Under the pieces are notes generated by a model, which was given only the letters and a program-made list of their open reading frames with translations, was not told the DNA's origin and did no database searches. A program made the position numbers and the translations under genes. Of a stretch of 42,706 nt of DNA, positions 1-7,665 are shown one piece after another (position 1 is the stretch's first letter; each line of letters opens with the position of its first letter). The DNA is from Staphylococcus virus IME1354_01. The DNA lies in the sequence record KY653126.1; one strand, 5' to 3'.

Positions 1-14
1 CCCTCACTCTCCGT
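1..14. repeat. att core direct repeat, left copy (attL side): ccctcactctccgt
   Basis: An exact copy is present at 42693-42706. It lies immediately outside the 3' end of int. Confidence 0.7.
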
Positions 15-51
15 ATATAAACCTTGATATGATAGGGTTTCAATAGAGTAA

Positions 52-71
52 GTGTCAAATATGTGTCAAGA
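52..71 (+). promoter_or_regulatory. Putative integrase arm-type binding site, tandem GTGTCAA repeats (aGTGTCAAATATGTGTCAAGaa)
   Basis: A near-identical 20-mer recurs at 42583-42604, next to the other att core. Inside it the 7-mer GTGTCAA is directly repeated with 10-bp spacing. Confidence 0.45.
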
Positions 72-1172
72 AAATAATTCTCTGACACGTTGACCTTGCT
101 CTTTTTTATGTTCTTCTAACAAATGAGAGTATGTGTCTAAAGTTATCGATATGCTTGCATGTCCTAAACGTTTACTAATATATTCAATAGGTAAACCCTT
201 AGAAAGTAAATAAGATGTGTGAGTGTGTCTTAGCGAGTAGGGTGTTACATTGTCATCATCTAATCCAACAACTTTTTTCGCGTGTTTAAAAGATTTATTT
301 ACTGCAGTATGACTCAAAGTAAATAACTTCCCATCAATCCTACGAGGTAAGTTAGACAACTTAGATTTGATTAACATTATATCTTTCTGGTTTACTTCAA
401 CATCTCTTTTTGAATTTTTAGTTTTTGTACCAGGTAAATGTATAATACCATTTTCTTTGTTTAGGTCATCGTAAGTCATGTTAATAGCATCGCTATATCT
501 TGCACCTGTAATTGCTAATAAGTATAAGAAGATATAGCTTTGGTCGTTTTTACTTTTAAAAAATTCAAGCATATCTAAATAATTTTTAATGCTTATATAT
601 TTAAAATGCTCCTCTTTAGCTTCCACAGTTCCTTTTACAGTTACATTGAAAGTAGGGTCTTTTTTCATATATCCATCATACACTGCCTCTCGCAAACAAG
701 GACCAATACACCCATTCACTTTCCTTACTGTTTCATCTGCGTGACCTTTGCCATAATTATTTAAGAATTTCTGATATTCTGAACGCTTAATATTTTTTAA
801 TAGTATTTGTTCGCCAAAATATTCTTTGAATAATTTAAGTGATCGTTCATACCAATAATATTGACGAGGAGACAAGTCTTTTTTGTTTTTTATTTCCAAC
901 CAATCATTATAGTAGTCCACAAACTTTTTGTTATCTTCTATTTTATTTCCATCTTCTAAATCTCTAATAAGTTGTTGTGCAGCCAATGTAGCTTCTGCTT
1001 TCGTTTTAAAGCCCGATTTACGTTTCTTACCTGACTTAAAACTTGGGTCTTTCACATCGTATTGCCATGTAGTAGATGTTTTATTTTTACGTTTTGTTAC
1101 TGTAAAAGTTGTCATATATTTCATTCCTCCTAAAAAAAGATAAAAATATATAGGGGCAGCATAGCTACCCAT
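66..1172 (-). CDS. int: Tyrosine recombinase / phage integrase
   Basis: The 368-aa product has a C-terminal catalytic region with R...HxxR...Y signatures (LRHTHTSYLL...GHASISITLDTYSHL). It sits at the prophage end next to the att core. Confidence 0.9.
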   Translation of the reverse strand: MGSYAAPIYFYLFLGGMKYMTTFTVTKRKNKTSTTWQYDVKDPSFKSGKKRKSGFKTKAEATLAAQQLIRDLEDGNKIEDNKKFVDYYNDWLEIKNKKDLSPRQYYWYERSLKLFKEYFGEQILLKNIKRSEYQKFLNNYGKGHADETVRKVNGCIGPCLREAVYDGYMKKDPTFNVTVKGTVEAKEEHFKYISIKNYLDMLEFFKSKNDQSYIFLYLLAITGARYSDAINMTYDDLNKENGIIHLPGTKTKNSKRDVEVNQKDIMLIKSKLSNLPRRIDGKLFTLSHTAVNKSFKHAKKVVGLDDDNVTPYSLRHTHTSYLLSKGLPIEYISKRLGHASISITLDTYSHLLEEHKKEQGQRVRELFS

Positions 1173-1177
1173 AAATA

Positions 1178-2056
1178 TTAAAATTCGCTATATATCATTA
1201 TTGGTTTAAAATAATGTGTAGGCTTATCTGTTAACGTTTGTAACAAAGGTTGAAGCATTTCTCTATCAACTTGTAATGATTCAAGAACATTTTGAGAATT
1301 AATAATAAGATGTTCTTGAACATTAGTAACAACTAACCCGATTATTTTTAAAGTGTTTTTAGTATAAAAGTACTTGAGCTCTCTAACGGGCACTTTTAAG
1401 TTTTCTTTGTATAAAGAACCTATTAGTGATTCACCATGGTAATCAAATAATAGTTTATAATCACCGGGTATTAGTTCATTAAATACTGACGAAAGTTGTT
1501 TCAATGGCGTTATTTGTTTTTCAATTTGTTTGAATTCGTCTTTGTCTGAAGTGTTTATTCCTAAAAAAGATGAAGTTTTATCTTTAGTATAAAGATCTAC
1601 AATTCTATTCAAAAAATCAAAATAGTCTTTATTCATTTCAGCAATAACTACTGAACTAGAAGAAAAAGTTTGCAATTTATCATTGTATTCTAAAGAATTT
1701 TCAAATATTTCATAAAGATAGTCATGTAATTCTATTTTATATAATTCAGATTGCGCTTCACTTTTTGAATCCATAAATTGTAAAGTTTCTCGTAATTCAT
1801 TTTTGTTAATTTTAAACTCGTATTTAGATGGCGTAGAGTATTCACCATTCACAACATGAATATTAGCTCCAATAGTTAAGTCTCCATCTTTTTCACCGCT
1901 AATTTTCTCAGTTTCTTTTGCATTTTGTGTTGTACGTGTTTCGCTCTCTGAACTTGTATTTTTGTTCATTTGACTGTAAGATAGATTTAAACCTTTTCCA
2001 TGTTGACTTAGATAAGAATATATAAATGCTTTATCAGTGTATAAATAATGTTTCAA
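1178..2056 (-). CDS. Hypothetical 292-aa protein, lysogeny-side accessory gene
   Basis: It is a long ORF on the same strand as int with a strong RBS (AAGGAGG) ahead of a TTG start. It has no TM segment and no recognisable catalytic motif. Confidence 0.6.
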   Translation of the reverse strand: MKHYLYTDKAFIYSYLSQHGKGLNLSYSQMNKNTSSESETRTTQNAKETEKISGEKDGDLTIGANIHVVNGEYSTPSKYEFKINKNELRETLQFMDSKSEAQSELYKIELHDYLYEIFENSLEYNDKLQTFSSSSVVIAEMNKDYFDFLNRIVDLYTKDKTSSFLGINTSDKDEFKQIEKQITPLKQLSSVFNELIPGDYKLLFDYHGESLIGSLYKENLKVPVRELKYFYTKNTLKIIGLVVTNVQEHLIINSQNVLESLQVDREMLQPLLQTLTDKPTHYFKPIMIYSEF

Positions 2057-2083
2057 TAAAATTCCTCCTTAGGTGGTGATTGT

Positions 2084-2287
2084 ATGTTTAAAACTTTAAA
2101 AGAAATGAAACGTAAAGATGATATAGAGTTCAAACAATTTTCAAACCAAGTAGATTATCAATTTAAAAAAGTTGAAGAAAAAAACGATAATAAAATGAAA
2201 GAACTTAATAATCAAAGAAAACAGAAAACCAAAGCTAAGCACCAATTGCCACTTTGGGCTGATGCAATAAAAAACGGTAAATTTTAA
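2084..2287 (+). CDS. Small basic K-rich 67-aa protein, possible excisionase-like DNA-binding protein
   Basis: It has an RBS (GGTGGTGA) and an ATG start, runs divergent to the 1178-2056 gene and is followed by a terminator hairpin. The xis assignment rests on position only. Confidence 0.4.
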   Translation: MFKTLKEMKRKDDIEFKQFSNQVDYQFKKVEEKNDNKMKELNNQRKQKTKAKHQLPLWADAIKNGKF

Positions 2288-2313
2288 CGTCTAACTTAGT
2301 TAGGCGTTTTTTG
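2288..2313 (+). terminator. Rho-independent terminator (cgtctaac ttag ttaggcg TTTTTT)
   Basis: The stem has one G-U pair and is followed by a T6 run, right after the 67-aa gene. Confidence 0.55.
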
Positions 2314-2351
2314 ATAAAAATATATAGGGCATAGTTAAATGCCCAAAAATA

Positions 2352-2942
2352 TTAATTAATAGGTTCTACTTCGTCTAATATTTCATTTTGTCTTCTTTCC
2401 ATAGCTTCCATTTCTTCATCACTGTAGTCCTTTTCACCATACATCTTATCTGAAAGGTCAAAATATTCTTCTTGTAATTCTGCTTCTTTAGCTTCCTGTT
2501 CAGCTTGTTCGGCAGCTTCTTGTTCCTTCACTTCTTTATAGGCAGCATCTGAATCTAATAATCCTGCATCACCATTAGGAATACCAGTATAACCATGTTC
2601 TTTCGCTACTTTAGCATTAGCTTCCATTTTTTCTTGGTCTGTCGGTTCATATGGTTTTGATTGCTCTTGTGATTGTATATTTTGTTGAGTGCTAGGTTGT
2701 TCTTCTGTATTTACATTTTCATTATCTGCTACTTGTTCAGAACTTTTATCATCTGTTTTAGATTTTTCTTCATCTAATTTCTTATTGTCTTTTTTACTAT
2801 TATCAGACTTTTTCTCATCTTTCTTTTTATCTTTGTTAGATGATTTTGTTTCTTTCTTATCTCCCGACTTACTTTCTTCACTATTTCCACATGCTGCTAA
2901 AATTAAGAAACTTGCTAATAATAAAACTAAAAACTTTTTCAT
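2352..2942 (-). CDS. Lipoprotein with a highly charged K/E/D-rich low-complexity mature region
   Basis: The N-terminus MKKFLVLLLASFLILAACGN carries a signal peptide and an LAAC lipobox. The ATG at 2942 is the likely start after RBS GGGGGAA. The ORF track extends to a TTG at 2957. Confidence 0.75.
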   Translation of the reverse strand: MKKFLVLLLASFLILAACGNSEESKSGDKKETKSSNKDKKKDEKKSDNSKKDNKKLDEEKSKTDDKSSEQVADNENVNTEEQPSTQQNIQSQEQSKPYEPTDQEKMEANAKVAKEHGYTGIPNGDAGLLDSDAAYKEVKEQEAAEQAEQEAKEAELQEEYFDLSDKMYGEKDYSDEEMEAMERRQNEILDEVEPIN

Positions 2943-2958
2943 TCTACATTCCCCCAAA

Positions 2959-3528
2959 TTATTTATTCGCTATAGTTTTAAGTAATTCTATTATTTCATC
3001 ATTTTGCTTAATTAAAGTATCGTTTTGAGCAATTTGAATGAAGTTTTGATTTTGTTGTGTTTGATAATAGTTATACATCGCTTGTTTTTCCATATTTAAA
3101 GTAAAAGTACCTAAAGCGTGGTAAAATTTATCAAAGTTTGCCATTATGTTTTGTTTGTTGAATGCATCCAATGTTGTTTGACTTGGATTATATATACCTT
3201 GTGTAGTAAAAAATTTTATTAATCTGTCGTAATTAGCTTCTTTTATTTCTTGCTCTTTTATCTTAGCCATTTTAGCCTTATGATTTTCGTTTTTTATTTT
3301 AGAATCAACTTTTTCTTTTGTATGTTTAAAAGATGCTTCTTTTATTAAATCTATATAATTCTCACTTGATAGATTTATAGGATCATCTTTGATATATTGC
3401 AAAACTACTATATCTTTTTGATTTCTATTCAATGATTTAAATATTTTTAAATCAGAATCGCTTAGTGTCTTCTTATATTTTCCTTCGTTCCAAGAAATTT
3501 TGTTTTGTTCTTTAAAACCTAAACCCAT
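2959..3528 (-). CDS. Hypothetical 189-aa protein
   Basis: The ORF is tightly packed between the lipoprotein and ImmA-like genes on the lysogenic strand. Confidence 0.55.
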   Translation of the reverse strand: MGLGFKEQNKISWNEGKYKKTLSDSDLKIFKSLNRNQKDIVVLQYIKDDPINLSSENYIDLIKEASFKHTKEKVDSKIKNENHKAKMAKIKEQEIKEANYDRLIKFFTTQGIYNPSQTTLDAFNKQNIMANFDKFYHALGTFTLNMEKQAMYNYYQTQQNQNFIQIAQNDTLIKQNDEIIELLKTIANK

Positions 3529-3542
3529 AATAGATTTCCCCT

Positions 3543-4007
3543 TTATTCAATATTTTTATGTTCAAACACTTGCAATGGCTCAAATTTTATTACGTAACCA
3601 TTGTGATAGGTTGATAAGCCATATTTCATTTTGTAATGCTCAATAGCATCTAACACGTAACTTTTTGATACCTCGAAGAATAGGGCGATTTCATATAAAT
3701 TACATGCTCCAGAGTGAAAAGCATCAATAATTCCTTGTAGAGTTATTAATTTTTCATACGCATATCTTCTAGCTTTTAATTCGAATTTTCTATTAATTAA
3801 TTTAGTTTGATCGCGTATATCACCATAAGTTATGTGTAAATGTGCAATTTCCTCTGCTAACGTTTCTAGCTTGTGCATTCGATTTAAACTATCCTTTATA
3901 AAAATCATATCATCTAAGGTAACACCACTTAGTTTATTAGGTAGATGACAAGTTTCAGTAATGCATAAGTTATCGTTTGCCATCATTATATTTTCATATC
4001 TACTCAA
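3543..4007 (-). CDS. Putative ImmA/IrrE-like protein adjacent to repressor (assignment mainly positional)
   Basis: The 154-aa product lies immediately downstream of the cI-like gene. It contains EEIAHLH but no clean HEXXH. Confidence 0.45.
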   Translation of the reverse strand: MSRYENIMMANDNLCITETCHLPNKLSGVTLDDMIFIKDSLNRMHKLETLAEEIAHLHITYGDIRDQTKLINRKFELKARRYAYEKLITLQGIIDAFHSGACNLYEIALFFEVSKSYVLDAIEHYKMKYGLSTYHNGYVIKFEPLQVFEHKNIE

Positions 4008-4019
4008 ACAAACAACCCC

Positions 4020-4355
4020 TTACTCTTTACGCTTAGATTTAATAAATTCAGCGTATTCAATTACTTCTTGCCATTCTTCTTCTGTTAAATCACCATCTAA
4101 ATGTGCAGCGATTGTTTCGAAAGAATTACTTTTTTTATTATTTTCTTTTTGTTCAAATAAAATACTTTCAGGAGTCACACCCAATACGTTTGCAAAATCT
4201 GCAATATCTTCCATTGGTATTTTACGAGTTCCATTTTCATATCTTGATAAAGTAGATTTATTTATGTCCACTTTCTTCGCCAAATCAGTTACGCTCATTT
4301 GTCTTTGTTGTCGTATTTGCTTTATGTATTTACCAATTTGTTCTGAATTTCTCAT
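4020..4355 (-). CDS. cI-like repressor, XRE-family HTH
   Basis: The HTH_3-like segment is QMSVTDLAKKVDINKSTLSRYENGTRKIP. The gene is divergent from cro across a 150-bp control region. Confidence 0.85.
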   Translation of the reverse strand: MRNSEQIGKYIKQIRQQRQMSVTDLAKKVDINKSTLSRYENGTRKIPMEDIADFANVLGVTPESILFEQKENNKKSNSFETIAAHLDGDLTEEEWQEVIEYAEFIKSKRKE

Positions 4356-4396
4356 AATATGGTACCTCCGTTATTTGATAATTTAATATTACCATA

Positions 4397-4411
4397 TTTC
4401 CATATAGGAAA
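4397..4411. promoter_or_regulatory. Inverted repeat TTTCCatataGGAAA, candidate operator
   Basis: It has perfect 5-bp arms in the cI/cro intergenic region, and the GGAAACA motif recurs at 4468-4474 inside the cro promoter spacer. Confidence 0.35.
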
Positions 4412-4457
4412 CAACTAGGACTTTTAATATTCTTTAAAACTTTTTTGAAATATATTG

Positions 4458-4486
4458 TTGACAAACAGGAAACATGCGTTTAGTAT
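4458..4486 (+). promoter_or_regulatory. Sigma-A-type promoter for cro: TTGACA-17 bp-TAGTAT
   Basis: The -35 box is at 4458-4463 and the -10 box at 4481-4486, just upstream of the cro RBS. Confidence 0.6.
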
Positions 4487-4507
4487 TGATTACAGAACGA
4501 AAGCGAG

Positions 4508-4750
4508 GTGACAAACAACATGTACGAATTCAACGTAAGACGAATGAAAGCAGAGCGTATTGCAAAAGGAATTTCGCTTAAAGAGATGTCAGATAAATTA
4601 GGCATGACTCAAGGTACTTATTCGAAAAAAGAGAATGGGAAGATAAGAGTTAATGTTGACGACTTGGCAAAAATATTTGAAATCCTAGAATTAAGTGAAG
4701 AAGATTGTGGTATTTTTTTTACACATAAAGTTTCCAAATTGACAACTTAA
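4508..4750 (+). CDS. Cro-like XRE-family HTH regulator
   Basis: The HTH segment is ISLKEMSDKLGMTQGTYSKKENG. The track start is a GTG at 4508, but the ATG at 4520 with RBS GCGAGGTG is the more likely start. Confidence 0.8.
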   Translation: MTNNMYEFNVRRMKAERIAKGISLKEMSDKLGMTQGTYSKKENGKIRVNVDDLAKIFEILELSEEDCGIFFTHKVSKLTT

Positions 4751-4755
4751 TACAT

Positions 4756-4986
4756 GTGAAGAAAGGAGTTGATCAAATGGACTTCATCGGATTCGCAGAT
4801 GCAAAAGAATTTATAAAAGTTAGTGGCATTTCTAGGGACGATTTAGAAAGTAAAGTTTATCCGAACAAAGAATTTCAAGAAGCGTGTATGTATCGATTTG
4901 GTAAAGGTAACAAACGCTACATCAAAATCAGACCAGCAATAGAGTTTATCGAACAAAACATTCTAATTAAAGAAACTAATTTATAA
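4756..4986 (+). CDS. Hypothetical 76-aa early protein
   Basis: This is the ORF directly after cro on the early strand. Confidence 0.5.
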   Translation: MKKGVDQMDFIGFADAKEFIKVSGISRDDLESKVYPNKEFQEACMYRFGKGNKRYIKIRPAIEFIEQNILIKETNL

Positions 4987-4998
4987 GGAGGTGATTAC

Positions 4999-5172
4999 AT
5001 GAGAACACTACTAACATTTTTGACACTCCCATTCACAACATTAGCTATAGGGATTACAACAAATGATTTCTTTGTCGGTATGTTGTTAGCAGTAATGGCA
5101 GGGTTCGGATTGTATTGGTTCTGGGATAAGTTTTTCGACGCAATAAAAAAGACTGAAAGAGGAGAGATATAA
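4999..5172 (+). CDS. Small hydrophobic 57-aa membrane protein (not in ORF track)
   Basis: An ATG follows RBS AAGGAGG. The translation MRTLLTFLTLPFTTLAIGITTNDFFVGMLLAVMAGFGLYWFW has two predicted TM segments. The stop lies 1 nt before the next gene's ATG. Confidence 0.45.
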   Translation: MRTLLTFLTLPFTTLAIGITTNDFFVGMLLAVMAGFGLYWFWDKFFDAIKKTERGEI

Positions 5173-5173
5173 A

Positions 5174-5620
5174 ATGGAACAAATAACAGTGACTAAAGAA
5201 GAATTACTTGAGTTAGTAGAAAAAGCAGTAAGTAAAAGATTAAATGGTGTGAAAGAAAAAGGACCGAAGACATTATTTAAAGAAGTATCGCTTTCGAAAG
5301 AAGATATAAAAAATGTCAACGATAGCTTTATAATTCCAAACCAAGACCATCCTTTCTCACACGAGGTCAACACAGACGCAATCTTAGAAGTATCAGAAAT
5401 ATGTAGTCATAAAAGTGTAAGGTCTGTTTTTCATTATAAGTTTGCTGTTCACGATAATTTAAGATTGATTTCACAAAGAATTGTAGGAGCAAGTAGAAAT
5501 ACAGATATCGATAAAAAAGATTATGAGTTTGTTGAAGAATGTTATTCAGAATTAAAAGAGAAATTTTTAGAGTTGTATGAAAAAGCTTTAGAAAGAAAAT
5601 TAGAAAGAAAAGACCGCTAG
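5174..5620 (+). CDS. Hypothetical 148-aa early protein
   Basis: The ORF is on the early strand and is followed by an imperfect hairpin at 5611-5650. Confidence 0.55.
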   Translation: MEQITVTKEELLELVEKAVSKRLNGVKEKGPKTLFKEVSLSKEDIKNVNDSFIIPNQDHPFSHEVNTDAILEVSEICSHKSVRSVFHYKFAVHDNLRLISQRIVGASRNTDIDKKDYEFVEECYSELKEKFLELYEKALERKLERKDR

Positions 5621-5685
5621 CTAATATGGGTTAGCGAACGGTCAGAGAGATTAATAAATATATATTAAATATACACGGAATAGAG

Positions 5686-5922
5686 GTGTTTCGTCAAATG
5701 GCGAAGGAAACGGTAACTTATATCATTCGGCACAGAGAAATACCAATTTATATAACGAACAAACCTAGTGATGCTAATCCAGATACAAATTATTCCACTA
5801 ACATAAGTAGAGCTAGAGAATTCGATGGAATGGAAGAAGCAAAAATTAATATGGACCATCACATAGCTATAAAAAAGACGGTCATAGAAACAACGGAATA
5901 CGAGGAGGTACAAGATGACTAG
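5686..5922 (+). CDS. Hypothetical 78-aa protein
   Basis: The likely start is the ATG at 5698 after AGAGGTG. The stop overlaps the next start as ATGACTAG. Confidence 0.5.
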   Translation: MFRQMAKETVTYIIRHREIPIYITNKPSDANPDTNYSTNISRAREFDGMEEAKINMDHHIAIKKTVIETTEYEEVQDD

Positions 5923-6547
5923 CTTTATCGAAAAATTTAACGAACTTAATTCACGTAACGTAAACGAACACGTTGAACAAAAAAATGGTCTCAACTATTT
6001 ATCTTGGGCATATGTTCAACAAGAATTAACTAAATTAGATGAAAATTTTCAACACAGATTCATAGAATTTCCTTATACAGACAGTGAACGTGACGACATT
6101 TTCGTGCCTTATTTAAAGACAGATGAAGGTTATATGGTTTGTGTGGAAATCACATTATTTGGCGTTACCAAAAGAGAGTGGTTACCAGTATTAAATTACA
6201 AAAACCAAGCAATTCCTAAAGGATCAGCTACAACTTTCGACATAAACAAAAGTATGAAAAGAGCATTCGTAAAATGTGCAGCTCAATTTGGTCTAGGAAA
6301 CTATTTATATTTGGGCGAGGATGCGCCAGATGCTAGTGATAACGACAGAACTGAATTAGAAGATAAGATTAATCAGTTTGTTACTATCTCACAAGAAAAA
6401 GGCCGTGACGCAACGTTGGACAAAACAATGCGATGGTTAGGCATATCGGACATTAATAAAGTATCACAAAAAGAAATAGCAAACGCACACGCAAAACTAG
6501 ATGCAGGACTAAAACAATTAGATAAGGATGATGAAAATGATAAATAG
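5915..6547 (+). CDS. Putative single-strand annealing protein (Rad52-like Sak / DUF1071-type)
   Basis: The N-terminal region NGLNYLSWAYVQQEL...GYMVCVEITLFG resembles phage Sak/DUF1071 proteins, and the gene sits immediately upstream of ssb. Confidence 0.5.
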   Translation: MTSFIEKFNELNSRNVNEHVEQKNGLNYLSWAYVQQELTKLDENFQHRFIEFPYTDSERDDIFVPYLKTDEGYMVCVEITLFGVTKREWLPVLNYKNQAIPKGSATTFDINKSMKRAFVKCAAQFGLGNYLYLGEDAPDASDNDRTELEDKINQFVTISQEKGRDATLDKTMRWLGISDINKVSQKEIANAHAKLDAGLKQLDKDDENDK

Positions 6548-6971
6548 ATTTATTGGTGTAGGACGATTAACTAAGGACCCAAATTTTGTAGAAGGACAAA
6601 CTGCAATAGCAAATTTCACAATAGCTTGCAACCGTCCGTTTAAGAACAAAAACGGTGAACATGATGCAGACTTCATCAATGTTGTAACATTCCGCAAACA
6701 AGCTGAAAACGTCAATAACTATGTACACAAAGGCGATATGGTTGGGATTGACGGACGTATACAATCACGCAGTTATGAAAATAAAGAAGGTCAACGTGTA
6801 TTTGTGACCGAAGTAGTGGCGGACAATGTTCAGTTTTTAGAACCTAAAGGACAATCAAACAAACAATACCAACAACAACGTGGTCAAGCTAAACCACAAC
6901 AAGCACCAGATAAAGATAATCCATTTGCTAACGGAAGTGCAGATATCAATACGGATGACCTTCCGTTCTGA
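6528..6971 (+). CDS. ssb: Single-stranded DNA-binding protein
   Basis: It has an OB-fold SSB sequence (MINRFIGVGRLTKDP...) and the acidic C-terminal tail DDLPF. The likely start is the ATG at 6537. Confidence 0.9.
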   Translation: MMKMINRFIGVGRLTKDPNFVEGQTAIANFTIACNRPFKNKNGEHDADFINVVTFRKQAENVNNYVHKGDMVGIDGRIQSRSYENKEGQRVFVTEVVADNVQFLEPKGQSNKQYQQQRGQAKPQQAPDKDNPFANGSADINTDDLPF

Positions 6972-6984
6972 TTGGACTGATTGA

Positions 6985-7665
6985 ATGCCAATAATTAAAA
7001 ACTACATCCAGCAAGATGATGGCACAATAACTGCTGTCATCGAGGATGTAACGTTAGAAAACAAAGACTTCTTACTGTTAGATAACGGACTAGAAGTAGA
7101 GTGCGACGTAATCGTGAGTGATCCTTACAAGATAACCGATAAACAACGTCGAAAAGTGTTCGCAATGATAAGAGATATATTCAATCACTATGGACAACCA
7201 ATGGACTATTTAAGGTATATGTTCCAAAAACAACTGGAGTTCTTACACGGTTATGAACCTATTTCATTAAGTAACTGCAGTAGACGACAAGCGAGTGAAT
7301 TAATCGAGTTGATACTTGATTTTATATTCGTAAATAATATACCCATTCACAAAGTCACTAGCGAGCTTATGAGCAACGATAAGTATTTTATATATAAATC
7401 TACCATAAACAGAATATGTGTTGTCTGTGGGGCTAAGAATGCCGATTTAGCACATTATCAAGCAGTAGGTAGAGGACGAAACAGAAACAAGATAGATCAT
7501 TATGGAAACAAAGTGTTAGCGCTGTGCAGAAACCATCATACAGAACAGCATCAAATAGGAATGGATAGCTTTAACAAGAAATATCATCTTACAGACAGTT
7601 GGCTTGACGTGGACGAGAAGCTGAATAAGATGTTGAAAGGAGAGCAATCAAATGGGAATCATTAG
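6985..7665 (+). CDS. HNH/Zn-finger nuclease-like protein (DUF968-type)
   Basis: The motif CVVCGAKNADLAHYQAVGRG...LALCRNHHTEQHQIG has the Cys/His spacing of an HNH-like fold. Confidence 0.5.
   Translation: MPIIKNYIQQDDGTITAVIEDVTLENKDFLLLDNGLEVECDVIVSDPYKITDKQRRKVFAMIRDIFNHYGQPMDYLRYMFQKQLEFLHGYEPISLSNCSRRQASELIELILDFIFVNNIPIHKVTSELMSNDKYFIYKSTINRICVVCGAKNADLAHYQAVGRGRNRNKIDHYGNKVLALCRNHHTEQHQIGMDSFNKKYHLTDSWLDVDEKLNKMLKGEQSNGNH

Noticed and set aside
928-1143. Antisense and embedded ORFs listed in the track on the strand opposite well-supported genes. These are 928-1143, 2689-2985, 2840-3028, 5086-5373, 5665-5994, 6518-6715, 6567-6764, 7924-8196, 8485-8718, 8693-8929, 9215-9583, 10021-10257, 10399-10593, 11061-11252, 11294-11509, 12245-12685, 12903-13112, 13492-13914, 15313-15528, 15748-16068, 17596-17784, 18574-18810, 19023-19460, 22238-22489, 25154-25387, 26432-26659, 27232-27438, 28370-28657, 28721-28936, 32952-33146, 34642-34932, 41083-41292 and 42088-42279.
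   Set aside because: Each lies inside a longer gene with a clear phage function or operon context. They have no RBS, and their translations are low-complexity, as expected from the AT-rich reverse strand.
3961-4386. 141-aa plus-strand ORF
   Set aside because: It is antisense to the cI-like repressor and the ImmA-like gene. The translation is hydrophobic low complexity, it has no RBS, and it conflicts with two well-supported genes.
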